From Spirochaetaceae bacterium (GTDB lineage Bacteria > Spirochaetota > Spirochaetia > DSM-2461): a stretch of 64,000 nucleotides of DNA. Below are positions 1-9,398 of this stretch, in pieces. The stretch lies in assembly GCA_051531975.1 (NCBI GenBank), contig JAOPTT010000011.1, positions 25,419 through 89,418 on the forward strand, written 5' to 3'. The notes below the pieces were generated by a model. It was not told the origin of the DNA, did not search any database, and saw only the letters and a list, made by a program, of their open reading frames with translations. Each line of letters starts with the position of its first letter. Within the stretch, counting starts at the first letter, position 1. The translations under genes and the position numbers were made by a program.

Positions 1-441
1 GATATTTAAAAGTACATCTATAACGATGTATATAAAAATAATTATCCCAGCTATAACAAAATAGTTAGTTAATTTCCTCTCTTTCATTACGTACATAATA
101 GTTGGTAGTACAATGAATGAAGCGATAAAATAACCTACATAAAACATTAAACCTGCATATGTTAACATTAGTAAAAAAACAATAAATGGAAATTTAATGA
201 ATTTTGCTTTTGAATAGGATATTTTTTTTGACGTTTTTTCTTTGAAAAATAGGTGTATAGATTGTCCTATCATAATAATACCCATTAAAAAAATTATCTT
301 CGCTACTAAGTGTGGAACAGCTTGTGGAGATACTCCAGCCAATGTTTCAGCCTTAATCTGTGTTGATGCAAGTATGTACATAGAAACACTTAGAATTATT
401 ACGATAAAACCAGTTATTAGTTTTTCAACATATAGTCTCAT
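1..441 (-). CDS. tctB: Tripartite tricarboxylate transporter small membrane subunit (TctB family), truncated by the window edge
   Basis: Not in the ORF track. Manual translation from ATG 441 (GGAG RBS upstream) gives MRLYVEKLITGFIVIILSVSMYILAS...VSPQAVPHLVAKII...YVGYFIASFIVLP..., about 4 TM helices, open to position 1. Directly downstream of tctC. Confidence 0.75.
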   Translation of the reverse strand, partial: MRLYVEKLITGFIVIILSVSMYILASTQIKAETLAGVSPQAVPHLVAKIIFLMGIIMIGQSIHLFFKEKTSKKISYSKAKFIKFPFIVFLLMLTYAGLMFYVGYFIASFIVLPTIMYVMKERKLTNYFVIAGIIIFIYIVIDVLLNI

Positions 442-495
442 TCTTACTCCTGAAAAGATCTGGCTAAATACCAGACCCTCTCTATTTAATATTGT

Positions 496-1425
496 CTAAT
501 TTCCGAAATATGTTTCAAAGAAATCAGCTTCAGATCTAACTTTTGCTTCTAGATCTTTTCTATTAGCTCCGTAGATATCTATTTTTGAGTTTTTAATAAA
601 CTCCTTAAAATCAGCATCCATTAAAAGTGTATTAAATCCTGTTGCTAATGTCTCAACAATTTCTTCTGGTGTATCCTTAGGAACATATAAACCATTATAT
701 GATTCTAATACAACGTCATATCCAAGTTCTTTTGCTGTTGGTACACCTGGTAGAAGGGCTGATCTTTCAGAACTTAAAATACATAATACTTTTAAGTCTT
801 TCATACTTCCAACAATTGTTGTTCTTGAGTCAGCAATATCAACGTGTCCACCTAATGCAGCAGTACTTGATTCATTTGAACCAGAAAATGGTACATGATC
901 TCCATTTACACCCATTTGCTCTAATAACATTCCGATTGCAGCACCTGGACCACTACTTGCTCCTGGAGAGCCGAAAGAAACTGTATCCATTTTAGCTAAA
1001 TCAGCTAATGAATTGATTCCTGAATCCTTACTTGTTACAAGAAGAGTATGTTCTAATGTAACCCCCAAAACTGGTTTAAAATCATCAATTGAATAATCAA
1101 CATCAATTTTTTGTGGAGTTAATGTAAACTGACCACCTGATGCCCACATAACTGTATAACCATCTGGTTTAGCAATTTTGGTATTCATAACACTTTTAGT
1201 ACCAGCAGCACCAGATTTATCAATAATAACAACTGATTGACCAAAAACCTCTTCAGCTTTCTCTACAAAAACCCTCGCCTGTGTATCAGAACTACCACCT
1301 GGAGGCCATGACATATTTAACTCAATTGTTTTTGATGGAAATTGTGCTTCCTCTCCAGCTCCATTTGCAAATAAAACACCACAGCTAATAATTGTTGTTA
1401 ATAATAACAATAAACATTTTTTCAT
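496..1425 (-). CDS. tctC: Tripartite tricarboxylate transporter substrate-binding protein (TctC/Bug family)
   Basis: Signal peptide; FPSKTI...WPPGGSSD, KSGAAGT, AKPDGYT, HVPFSG, LPGVPTAKELG motifs typical of Bug/TctC. Confidence 0.9.
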   Translation of the reverse strand: MKKCLLLLLTTIISCGVLFANGAGEEAQFPSKTIELNMSWPPGGSSDTQARVFVEKAEEVFGQSVVIIDKSGAAGTKSVMNTKIAKPDGYTVMWASGGQFTLTPQKIDVDYSIDDFKPVLGVTLEHTLLVTSKDSGINSLADLAKMDTVSFGSPGASSGPGAAIGMLLEQMGVNGDHVPFSGSNESSTAALGGHVDIADSRTTIVGSMKDLKVLCILSSERSALLPGVPTAKELGYDVVLESYNGLYVPKDTPEEIVETLATGFNTLLMDADFKEFIKNSKIDIYGANRKDLEAKVRSEADFFETYFGN

Positions 1426-1463
1426 TTAAATATTCTCCTTTGAACATTGTTGATAAAATTAAA

Positions 1464-1584
1464 CTTTTTAATCCAGTGAAATAAAGTACTCGCTAAGTGT
1501 TATAGGACACTAGTATTGCTAAGTCTGAAATTAGTATATGGTCGAATTTTAAGGTTGTCAACTTATTTTTATGCCTTTAATAAG
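1464..1584. promoter_or_regulatory. Two candidate ROK-repressor operators flanking the promoter
   Basis: CTTTTTAATCCAGTGAAATAAAAG (1464-1487) and CTTATTTTTATGCCTTTAATAAG (1562-1584): AT-rich dyads resembling NagC/Mlc boxes, next to a ROK gene. Confidence 0.45.
1533..1561 (-). promoter_or_regulatory. Sigma70-type promoter of the tct operon
   Basis: Minus strand TTGACA (1561-1556), 17-nt spacer, TATACT (1538-1533). Confidence 0.7.
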
Positions 1585-1601
1585 TAATTAAAAAAACAAC
1601 T

Positions 1602-2813
1602 TTAGGAGAAGTTAAGAATACTCTGTAATACGAGTGCTGCTGCACCTTTAACAGCTGCGTGGTCAATTAATTTTGATTTAAGGAACTTTATCTCTCTACT
1701 GGTTCCTTTTAGGCCATGTGTCATAAAATAGTCTTTAATTACACTAAAATAAAAATTAGAGGACATTAGTTTACCACCTAAAATGACCGCTTCAGGATTA
1801 AAAATATTTGTAATATTTGCAATGCTTATACCCAAAAGTTTACCAGCTTCAGTCAATATATCGATGCAGACTTTATCCCCATTCATTGCATATTCATCAA
1901 TTATTTTTACTGTAATCAAAGTTGGATTAGTTTTATATAATTCATATATTGAGGAAGTACTATTTTCTGTTAGATGATTTTGTAAGGTTTTAATAATACC
2001 TCTACTAGATACAAACTCTGCTAAACAATTCTTCTTCCCACACATACATAATCTCTCTTCGTAATTAATAGGTGGATTAGTATATAAGTGACCTAATTCA
2101 CCTGAGAAACCATCAAAACCTTGAAAGATTTCACCATTAATTAAAAGTCCTGCACCTAGGCCATAATCGACATTTATAAATAGAATGTCTTTCATGTCGT
2201 TGGATTCACCATAAAGATATTCATTAAGAGCTAATACCCGAGATTGATGATCAATAAAAATAGGGACATTAAAGGCATCCTGAATGGGTTCCTTAATATT
2301 TACATTATGCCATTTTTGAACAGGAGAGAATTCTATAGTACCTGTTTTTTTATTAATATAACCAGCAGCAGATATTCCAATACCTTTCAAACGATCTAGA
2401 GGGAGTTCTACCTTACTTTGTAGTTCTTTAATTAGTTCAATTACGCTTCTAATATCTTTGTCTATTTCAGTAGAAAGATTATATGGATTACTTTTTTCTA
2501 TAATTATTTCACCATTTAAATTTGCGGCTATTCCTTTTATGTGTGTTAATCCCCATTCAATACCTATTACATAACAACTTGTTGAGTCAAATTCTAAAAT
2601 AACTGGTGGTCTACCACCACTGGATGTACCTATACCAACATTTCTAACTAAACTAGAATTAATTAATGAAGATACAATTCTAGTTACTGTAGGGGCACTT
2701 ATTCCTGTTCTTTTAGTTAGATCAACACGGGATATGGGACCCTTATCTCTTATTGTATTTAATATAATACTTTTATTTTGATCAAATATTAATTGGGAGG
2801 TAGTTTTTGCCAT
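1602..2813 (-). CDS. ROK family transcriptional repressor (NagC/XylR-like)
   Basis: N-terminal wHTH (GPISRVDL...ISAPTVTRIV), SSGGRPP, GFSGELGH and CMCGKKNCL zinc motif. Confidence 0.93.
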   Translation of the reverse strand: MAKTTSQLIFDQNKSIILNTIRDKGPISRVDLTKRTGISAPTVTRIVSSLINSSLVRNVGIGTSSGGRPPVILEFDSTSCYVIGIEWGLTHIKGIAANLNGEIIIEKSNPYNLSTEIDKDIRSVIELIKELQSKVELPLDRLKGIGISAAGYINKKTGTIEFSPVQKWHNVNIKEPIQDAFNVPIFIDHQSRVLALNEYLYGESNDMKDILFINVDYGLGAGLLINGEIFQGFDGFSGELGHLYTNPPINYEERLCMCGKKNCLAEFVSSRGIIKTLQNHLTENSTSSIYELYKTNPTLITVKIIDEYAMNGDKVCIDILTEAGKLLGISIANITNIFNPEAVILGGKLMSSNFYFSVIKDYFMTHGLKGTSREIKFLKSKLIDHAAVKGAAALVLQSILNFS

Positions 2814-3041
2814 GCCTTATTCTATTCACTGTGTGAATAACTGTAAAGATACATATTTATCATTGTACTTTTAGGAGTGTTGTAGTTTGAATATTAATTA
2901 ATTCTGATAATACCGAGTAATTATCTTCAAAAGGTGAATTTTATGAATTTTTAGTTGAGTTTGTAAATTGTAATGAGTATTATTTAATAATAGCTACTGG
3001 AACAACCTTAATAATTTAGAATAAAAGTAACGGAGGAATAG

Positions 3042-4148
3042 ATGATTGAACAATCCACAATCCTAATAGTTGATGATACACCACAAAATATTGATATACT
3101 GTTTGAAACACTAGGTGACACTTATTCAATAATGGTTGCAACAAATGGATTCGATGCTTTGGAATCAGCTTCTGAACAATTACCAGATTTAATTTTATTA
3201 GATATAATGATGCCAGGGATGGATGGTTTTGAAGTATGTGAAAAGCTTAAATCCAATGTAAAAACTAAAGATATTCCAGTCGTATTTCTAACCGCTATGG
3301 GTGAATTAAAAGATAAAACAAAGGGATTTAAACTAGGTGCAGTTGATTTTATAACAAAACCTTTTGAGATATTAGAAGTAATCGCAAGGGTTGAAACTCA
3401 CCTATCATTAAAAATGGCAAAAGATCTACTAAAAAATCAAAACAGTGTTCTTGATAAGCTAGTAAAAAAAAGAACTTTAGAACTGATGAAAACCCAGGAT
3501 GTTACGATTAGAATGGCTGCATCTCTAGCTGAAACCAGGGATAATGATACTGGGAATCATATACTTAGAACTCAAAACTATGTTTCTGTAATCGCTAATA
3601 GATTATTTAAGGATTCTATATATTCAGCAGATCTGAATGAAGATAAAATTGATCTAATGGTAAAATCTGCACCCCTGCATGATATTGGTAAAATTGGTGT
3701 TGCAGATAAGATTCTGCTAAAACCTGGAAAGCTTACAGATTTAGAATTTACAGAGATGAAGAGACACGCTGAATATGGAAAGAGCGCACTTTTAAAAGCT
3801 GAAGGAGAATTAGATGGTAATTCATTTCTTCATTATGCTAAAGAGATTGCATTTTCACACCACGAAAAGTGGGATGGAAGTGGTTATCCTATGGGTTTAA
3901 GTGGTACAAACATACCTTTATCTGGTAGAATAATGGCTGTTGCTGATGTTTATGATGCTTTAATATCTAAAAGAGTATATAAACCTGCTTTTTCCCACAC
4001 TAAGGCCTGTGAACTAATTGAGTCCAATCCAAATACTCACTTTGATCCAGTTATAATTAAGTGTTTTAAAGAAGTTAAAGAGGAATTTAGGCAGATTGCA
4101 TTAGAATTTTGTGAATCAGAAGAACAAAAAAACACACTATTAAATTAG
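3042..4148 (+). CDS. Response regulator with HD-GYP c-di-GMP phosphodiesterase domain (RpfG-like)
   Basis: REC domain (IVDD, LLDIMMP, TKPF); TGNHILR, LHDIGK, HHEKWDGSGYP, VADVYDAL. Confidence 0.93.
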   Translation: MIEQSTILIVDDTPQNIDILFETLGDTYSIMVATNGFDALESASEQLPDLILLDIMMPGMDGFEVCEKLKSNVKTKDIPVVFLTAMGELKDKTKGFKLGAVDFITKPFEILEVIARVETHLSLKMAKDLLKNQNSVLDKLVKKRTLELMKTQDVTIRMAASLAETRDNDTGNHILRTQNYVSVIANRLFKDSIYSADLNEDKIDLMVKSAPLHDIGKIGVADKILLKPGKLTDLEFTEMKRHAEYGKSALLKAEGELDGNSFLHYAKEIAFSHHEKWDGSGYPMGLSGTNIPLSGRIMAVADVYDALISKRVYKPAFSHTKACELIESNPNTHFDPVIIKCFKEVKEEFRQIALEFCESEEQKNTLLN

Positions 4149-4180
4149 ATTTATTAAATTACAAATTATTAGGAGATTAG

Positions 4181-4387
4181 ATGTTTATTTTATTTGAGAA
4201 AAAAGATGGTTGTAAGATTGTTATTAATCATGAGCACATTATTTCAATTGATCAGTATGAGAGACAGGATAGGTATTCAAGGGTAACCGTTAATGCAACA
4301 CTTAAAACTGGTTCTAACGTTATGCATATTGTCAAAGGTTCTTTGGCAGATGTCTCAGACAATATTATAGAGCTTTCAAAGAAGTAG
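4181..4387 (+). CDS. Small protein, possibly FlbD/SwrD-like
   Basis: AGGAG RBS; pattern 'KKDGCKIVINHEHIISI...IVKGSLADVSDNI' resembles FlbD (G..f.lN..lIe.iE...VkES.eEv). Confidence 0.45.
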   Translation: MFILFEKKDGCKIVINHEHIISIDQYERQDRYSRVTVNATLKTGSNVMHIVKGSLADVSDNIIELSKK

Positions 4388-4400
4388 GGCATAACATAGG

Positions 4401-4441
4401 TTACCTTAAAATAAAAAAAGCTTGTTATCATTTTAAGGTAA
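4401..4441. terminator. Inverted repeat between convergent genes (bidirectional terminator candidate)
   Basis: TTACCTTAAAAT (4401-4412) and ATTTTAAGGTAA (4430-4441). Confidence 0.55.
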
Positions 4442-4489
4442 TCTATTAAATTTAAGTCTTGGAATCCTTTGATTTAATTAAAATACATT

Positions 4490-5557
4490 CTATATATCCA
4501 TAATATTTTTAATCAGATGTTTGTATTCTCCATCAGGGAAGTAATTAATATATTCTTTTAAATAATTATTGTTTTGCTCTTTATTTGATAGAAGTTCACA
4601 TACTTCCCATAAGTTAAAATCTATTGTTTTTGACCCACTATTTACAGCCTGAATGTAGTACTCTTTGGCTTTATGATACTGCTCTTTAAAAAAGTATGCA
4701 GCTCCTATTTGTTCTAAAAACTGAGCTCTATTTTTAGGGTCCTGTTCAATTAGATTTTTGTAATATGTAATTGCTTTGTTGTAGTTACCAGTCGAAATAA
4801 GTAAACCACCTTCTTCAATTTCTGAATCTACACTACCAATAGCACTGCGGCGGATAAAGTTTTGGAATACCTGGCAATAATCAGGGTTAGTTTGTTCTGT
4901 ATACCATTCATCATCATTGCCTTCTCTAAACTGTGTACCAATCTCTTTTATCATATTATTTAAGTTTTCTAAATCTAAAGTTAGAATTGATGTTTTAACA
5001 TCTGACCCTAATGGTGTAAGTTCTCGGAATTCAAACCACTCTCTAAATATATAAAACCCTAACTGATCTCCCCATTTTTTGTTGCTATCCTGAATCCATA
5101 AATATTCTGAAAGAGTTATTGGTATTAGCTGAAGTAGTGGAGCTTTTAAATCAGAGTTATACTTAATATAACAGTTTGGTTTCTTAACATATAAAGATAA
5201 ATAATAATGTTCTATATTGTTTCTAATAAGGGTAAAACACAGACCTTCGTCGTCTATATATCCATTAATATCTATAATGTCCTGGATAATAATATTCATA
5301 TCCATAATTAGACTGGTATCTTCTTGTTTGCTAATTATGATTAGATCAAAGAGGTTTTCCTTGGTGTGTATTTTTGAAAGCTTTGGCATTATTAGCCCGA
5401 GTTTATTGGTAATATATCTATAATATGGTGATCTACTATCAGGTTTAAATATAGCAACCTCCAATGGAACACATTTATGACTAATAGGACTGTTTAACTG
5501 GGACGTCACCAACTTAATTTTTGATATATTGCCAAATGGACTTAAGTGTTTATACAT
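4490..5557 (-). CDS. Hypothetical protein with SUFU-like N-terminal domain and C-terminal TPR
   Basis: LEVAIFKPDSRSPYYRYITN and LLQLIPITLSEYLW resemble the start and end of bacterial SUFU domains; GNYNKAITYYK and IGAAYFFKEQYHKAKEYY are TPR-like. Confidence 0.55.
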   Translation of the reverse strand: MYKHLSPFGNISKIKLVTSQLNSPISHKCVPLEVAIFKPDSRSPYYRYITNKLGLIMPKLSKIHTKENLFDLIIISKQEDTSLIMDMNIIIQDIIDINGYIDDEGLCFTLIRNNIEHYYLSLYVKKPNCYIKYNSDLKAPLLQLIPITLSEYLWIQDSNKKWGDQLGFYIFREWFEFRELTPLGSDVKTSILTLDLENLNNMIKEIGTQFREGNDDEWYTEQTNPDYCQVFQNFIRRSAIGSVDSEIEEGGLLISTGNYNKAITYYKNLIEQDPKNRAQFLEQIGAAYFFKEQYHKAKEYYIQAVNSGSKTIDFNLWEVCELLSNKEQNNNYLKEYINYFPDGEYKHLIKNIMDI

Positions 5558-5622
5558 TTAAAATCAATATAATATATTGGACTCTTCTGTTTCAAGCTTA
5601 CAAACAGATCTTGTAGTATTAA

Positions 5623-6624
5623 TTAACCATTTATATAAGTATCTATCTCATTATAATATTTCTGTTTTTCATCAAAAGGTAGAAAGGAAGCAGCAAATGA
5701 GTTTTTTGCAAGTAGAGTAATATCATCTTTTGATAAATTAAGGGCTTGCCATAGTTCTATAAAATTTTGGTTTATATAACCACCAAAATATGCAGGATCA
5801 TCTGAATTTACTGTTACACAAAGACCATAGTCTAACAATTCCTTTATATTATGATCCTTCATCTCTTTAAAAACACAGAGTTTAACATTTGATAATGGGC
5901 ATACAGTCAGAGGTATTTGAGATTTTTTTAAATATTCCATCAATATTTTATCTGCAGTGCATCTCACACCATGATCAATTCTTGTGACATGTAATAGTTT
6001 AATTGAATCCCATATATAATCTGCAGGACCTTCTTCTCCGGCATGGGACACAGTCGTAAATCCTTCATTTATTGCCATTTCAAAAACTTTTTTAAACTTT
6101 TCTGGAGGGTTACCTAATTCACTAGAATCAAGTCCTACACTATAAATCCATTTTTTATATGGTAAAGATTGTTTTAGGGTTTCTATAGCTTCTTCCTCAC
6201 TTAAATGTTTTAAAAAACACATAATGATACGAGAAGAGATATTATATTTCTCTTTTGCATCGTCCAGTGCTTTTTTTATTCCATTAATAACTGTTTCAAA
6301 AGGTATGTCCCGATTTGTATGGGTTTGAGGATCAAAAAATATTTCAGTATGTTTTACATTATCTCTGTTTATTTTTTTTATATATTCCCATGTTAATTCA
6401 TAGAAATCTTCTTCATTTACAAGAACCTCGGCACTTGTGTAATAGATATCAAGAAATGACTGTAGATTATTAAATGCATAAGCTTTTTTCACTTCATCTA
6501 CTGATGAATATGGTAACTTTATACTATTTCTTTTTGCCATTCTGAACATGGTTTCTGGTTCAAGAGTTCCTTCAATGTGAACGTGTAATTCTGCTTTAGG
6601 GATATTATTAATAAAATCAATCAT
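5623..6624 (-). CDS. add: Adenine/adenosine deaminase
   Basis: PKAELHVHIEGTLEPE, HAGEEG, RIDHGV, TVCPLSN, NSDDPAYFGG. Confidence 0.93.
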   Translation of the reverse strand: MIDFINNIPKAELHVHIEGTLEPETMFRMAKRNSIKLPYSSVDEVKKAYAFNNLQSFLDIYYTSAEVLVNEEDFYELTWEYIKKINRDNVKHTEIFFDPQTHTNRDIPFETVINGIKKALDDAKEKYNISSRIIMCFLKHLSEEEAIETLKQSLPYKKWIYSVGLDSSELGNPPEKFKKVFEMAINEGFTTVSHAGEEGPADYIWDSIKLLHVTRIDHGVRCTADKILMEYLKKSQIPLTVCPLSNVKLCVFKEMKDHNIKELLDYGLCVTVNSDDPAYFGGYINQNFIELWQALNLSKDDITLLAKNSFAASFLPFDEKQKYYNEIDTYING

Positions 6625-7933
6625 ACTTGGTTACTTCTCTTTTTATAAATTGTCCTTTCCTTGGATAAATCTTATTATCTTTCATTACAACTACCCCTCC
6701 AGCAATACAGGTTTCTACAAAACCTTTTCTTTTTTTACCTTTATATAGATTATAATCGCATCTTGAATGGTTTTCTACTATTTCTGAATCTTTGTTTTCA
6801 TTAAATATAAAAAAATCAGCATCGGAACCTTCAGCTAAGATGCCTTTTCTTGGAAATAGACTAAAAAGTTTTGCTGGATTTATAGTCATTTTATTAATAA
6901 TTTTCTCACCAAATAAATTGTACATTATGGAAAATGAAAACTCTATTCCACCAATTCCAAAGGGGATATCTTTTAAAAGATTTTTATTTTTTTCGTCAGA
7001 CATAAATGGACAATGGTCTGTTCCAATAGAAAAAATATTATCTATATTGTTTTTTAATAGTTTGGATTGATTTTCTGATCTTAGTGGTGGGGCAAGAATA
7101 TATTTGTATCCGTCTTCTTGTTTAAAAGTTAATTCATTAAAAATGAAATAATGAGGACAGCTTTCCATAAAAAATGATCTATTTAACAGATCAGGATGTT
7201 TTTCCTTCATGAATTGTACACTCTCCCCACAGGTTGTATGAACACAATATATTGTTCCCCCATGGATTTCATTCAATTCAGCAAGTTTTTTAATCATACT
7301 AGTCTCTGATATAGCAGGACGGTTAATCTTAAGGTCTTCAAACTTTAGATTTATATCACTGTTTATAAAATCTTCATCTTCTGAATGTATAAGAATTATG
7401 GTGCCAGTTTTATTTGAATAATCTAGTAGTTTACTTATCTCTTTTTCATAAGTCCTACGATTACTTTCAGAATATGCTGTAAATATTTTTATAGAAGGTA
7501 TTTTTAATCTAATTGCTTCCTTAGTAATGTTTTCTGTCTCATTCACTGGATTTGATGCTGTAGTATGGAAGCTAAAATCGATTAGACTTTTTTCAGCTTC
7601 TTTAAGTCTATTTTTTAAAGCTGTTTCTACATCAGAACCTTTAGATACTGGGCTTAGGAAATCTATGATTGTTGTTACTCCACCATATATTCCAGCAATA
7701 GATCCACTATAAAAATCATCAGCGGAGATATATTTACCAATATTAAGATTCAGATGAACATGTGGGTCAATAATACCTGGTATAATCTTTTTTCCAACTG
7801 CATCTATTATTTCCTCTGCATCAAAATTCTCAGGGGAAATCTTTTCAATAATTCCATTATTTACATAAATGTTTAACTTATGAAATTTTGAGTCTAAATA
7901 TATCTCTGCATTTCTAACAGCTAAATTATACAT
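6617..7933 (-). CDS. hyuA: Dihydropyrimidinase/hydantoinase-family amidohydrolase (HyuA-like)
   Basis: PGIIDPHVH, GGVTTIIDF, ESCPHY, LAPPLR, GTDHCPF, NPAKLF...KG...GSDAD; purine cluster context. Confidence 0.75.
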   Translation of the reverse strand: MYNLAVRNAEIYLDSKFHKLNIYVNNGIIEKISPENFDAEEIIDAVGKKIIPGIIDPHVHLNLNIGKYISADDFYSGSIAGIYGGVTTIIDFLSPVSKGSDVETALKNRLKEAEKSLIDFSFHTTASNPVNETENITKEAIRLKIPSIKIFTAYSESNRRTYEKEISKLLDYSNKTGTIILIHSEDEDFINSDINLKFEDLKINRPAISETSMIKKLAELNEIHGGTIYCVHTTCGESVQFMKEKHPDLLNRSFFMESCPHYFIFNELTFKQEDGYKYILAPPLRSENQSKLLKNNIDNIFSIGTDHCPFMSDEKNKNLLKDIPFGIGGIEFSFSIMYNLFGEKIINKMTINPAKLFSLFPRKGILAEGSDADFFIFNENKDSEIVENHSRCDYNLYKGKKRKGFVETCIAGGVVVMKDNKIYPRKGQFIKREVTKYD

Positions 7934-7959
7934 TATAGTAACCCTCCATTTTTATACTT

Positions 7960-8165
7960 TTATACTTCTATAATTCTATATTGTTTAAAATTAAATAAAT
8001 CTAAAATTTCTTGTAAACAGCCTTTTCTTACACAAGTAATAAGTGGAATATTTTGTTTCAAAATATTAACAATACTAGAATAAAAACATTTTTTTTGAAG
8101 TTCCATATGACCTAATTCATCAAAATAAATTGGAGCCAACTTTTCATTTATCAGAGTATAAACTC
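7960..8165 (-). pseudogene. C-terminal remnant of a nucleoside-triphosphatase (NTPase_1/THEP1-like)
   Basis: Manual translation INEKLAPIYFDELGHMELQKKCFYSSIVNILKQNIPLITCVRKGCLQEILDLFNFKQYRIIEV* has a Walker-B 'hhDEhGxhEL..xxF' signature. No Walker A; in-frame stops lie just upstream. Confidence 0.55.
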
Positions 8166-8180
8166 TTCATCATTGTCATT

Positions 8181-9389
8181 TTATTTTTCTCCATCATAAA
8201 GTCGGTATATATTTTTATTAGTAAGATCAGTTAATATTTTTGTTGGATTTTTTATTTTACTTAAAAAAATCATGGCTGCTATTATATAAGGTTTATAACT
8301 GGCTTCCTTATATAGAGGTATACGGAATTTATCAAAAACAGAAGCTTCAACTTCTCCCTGTTCGCAGCTAACACCTGTTATATCCGCAGGTAGACAATGA
8401 AGATAAAGAGCATCTGCATTTTTTGTTGTTTTCATAAGTTCTTCCGTACATTCCCATGCTTTATGTCCAGAGTTTTGTTCTAATAACTTCTTTTCAAGTT
8501 CTTTTATGGCATCAAAATCACCATTCCCATAGAGTTCTGTTCGTTCCTCCATGGCTTCATAAGGCGCCCAACTTTTAGGATAAACTATATCAGCATCTTT
8601 AAAAGCTTCTTCCATTGAATTGGTTTGTGTAAATTTACCACCAGATGAGATAGAATTTTTCTCTGCAATATCTAGAACTTCCGGCATAACTTCATATCCC
8701 TTTGGGTGGGCAAGTGTTACATCCATTCCAAAACGACTTAGTAGTCCTATAATACCCTGAGGTACAGAAAGTGGTTTTCCATAGGATGGTGAATATGCCC
8801 AGGTCATAGCAATCTTTTTTCCTTTAAGATTTTCTACTCCACCAAAATGATGAATAATATGAAGTGCATCAGACATTGATTGGGTAGGGTGGTCAATATC
8901 ACATTGTAAATTAACTAAGGTAGGACGTTGTTCTAGAACTCCATCTCTGTGTCCTTTAGAAACTGCATCTGCTACTTCTTTCATGTAGGTATGGCCTTTT
9001 CCAATGTACATATCATCTCTAATCCCAATAATATCAGCCATGAAACTGATCATATTTGCAGTTTCCCTCACAGTTTCACCGTGAGCAATTTGTGATTTAC
9101 CTTCTTCTAAATCCTGTACTTCTAGACCAAGAAGATTACATGCACTGGCAAAACTAAATCGTGTACGGGTTGAATTATCTCTAAAAAGTGATATTCCAAG
9201 ACCACTATCAAATATTTTAGAGGAAATATTGTTTTTTCTCATCCTACGAAGAATTTCTGCTGTTTTAAATACAGCTGATATTTCATCATCACTTTTATCC
9301 CATGTTAATAGAAAGTCACTTAAATACATCTCTGAAGTATTTAGTTTTGAAAGTTGTTCTATTTGTTTTAATAATATCTCTTTATTCAT
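8181..9389 (-). CDS. ygeW: Knotted carbamoyltransferase YgeW
   Basis: FRDNSTRTRFSFASA, HGETVRETANMISF, LQCDIDHPTQ, YSPSYGKPLSVPQG, HCLPADI. Confidence 0.95.
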   Translation of the reverse strand: MNKEILLKQIEQLSKLNTSEMYLSDFLLTWDKSDDEISAVFKTAEILRRMRKNNISSKIFDSGLGISLFRDNSTRTRFSFASACNLLGLEVQDLEEGKSQIAHGETVRETANMISFMADIIGIRDDMYIGKGHTYMKEVADAVSKGHRDGVLEQRPTLVNLQCDIDHPTQSMSDALHIIHHFGGVENLKGKKIAMTWAYSPSYGKPLSVPQGIIGLLSRFGMDVTLAHPKGYEVMPEVLDIAEKNSISSGGKFTQTNSMEEAFKDADIVYPKSWAPYEAMEERTELYGNGDFDAIKELEKKLLEQNSGHKAWECTEELMKTTKNADALYLHCLPADITGVSCEQGEVEASVFDKFRIPLYKEASYKPYIIAAMIFLSKIKNPTKILTDLTNKNIYRLYDGEK

Positions 9390-9398
9390 TAAAATCTC

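Noticed and set aside
242..499. Plus-strand 85-aa ORF
   Set aside because: Antisense shadow of the minus-strand tctB frame
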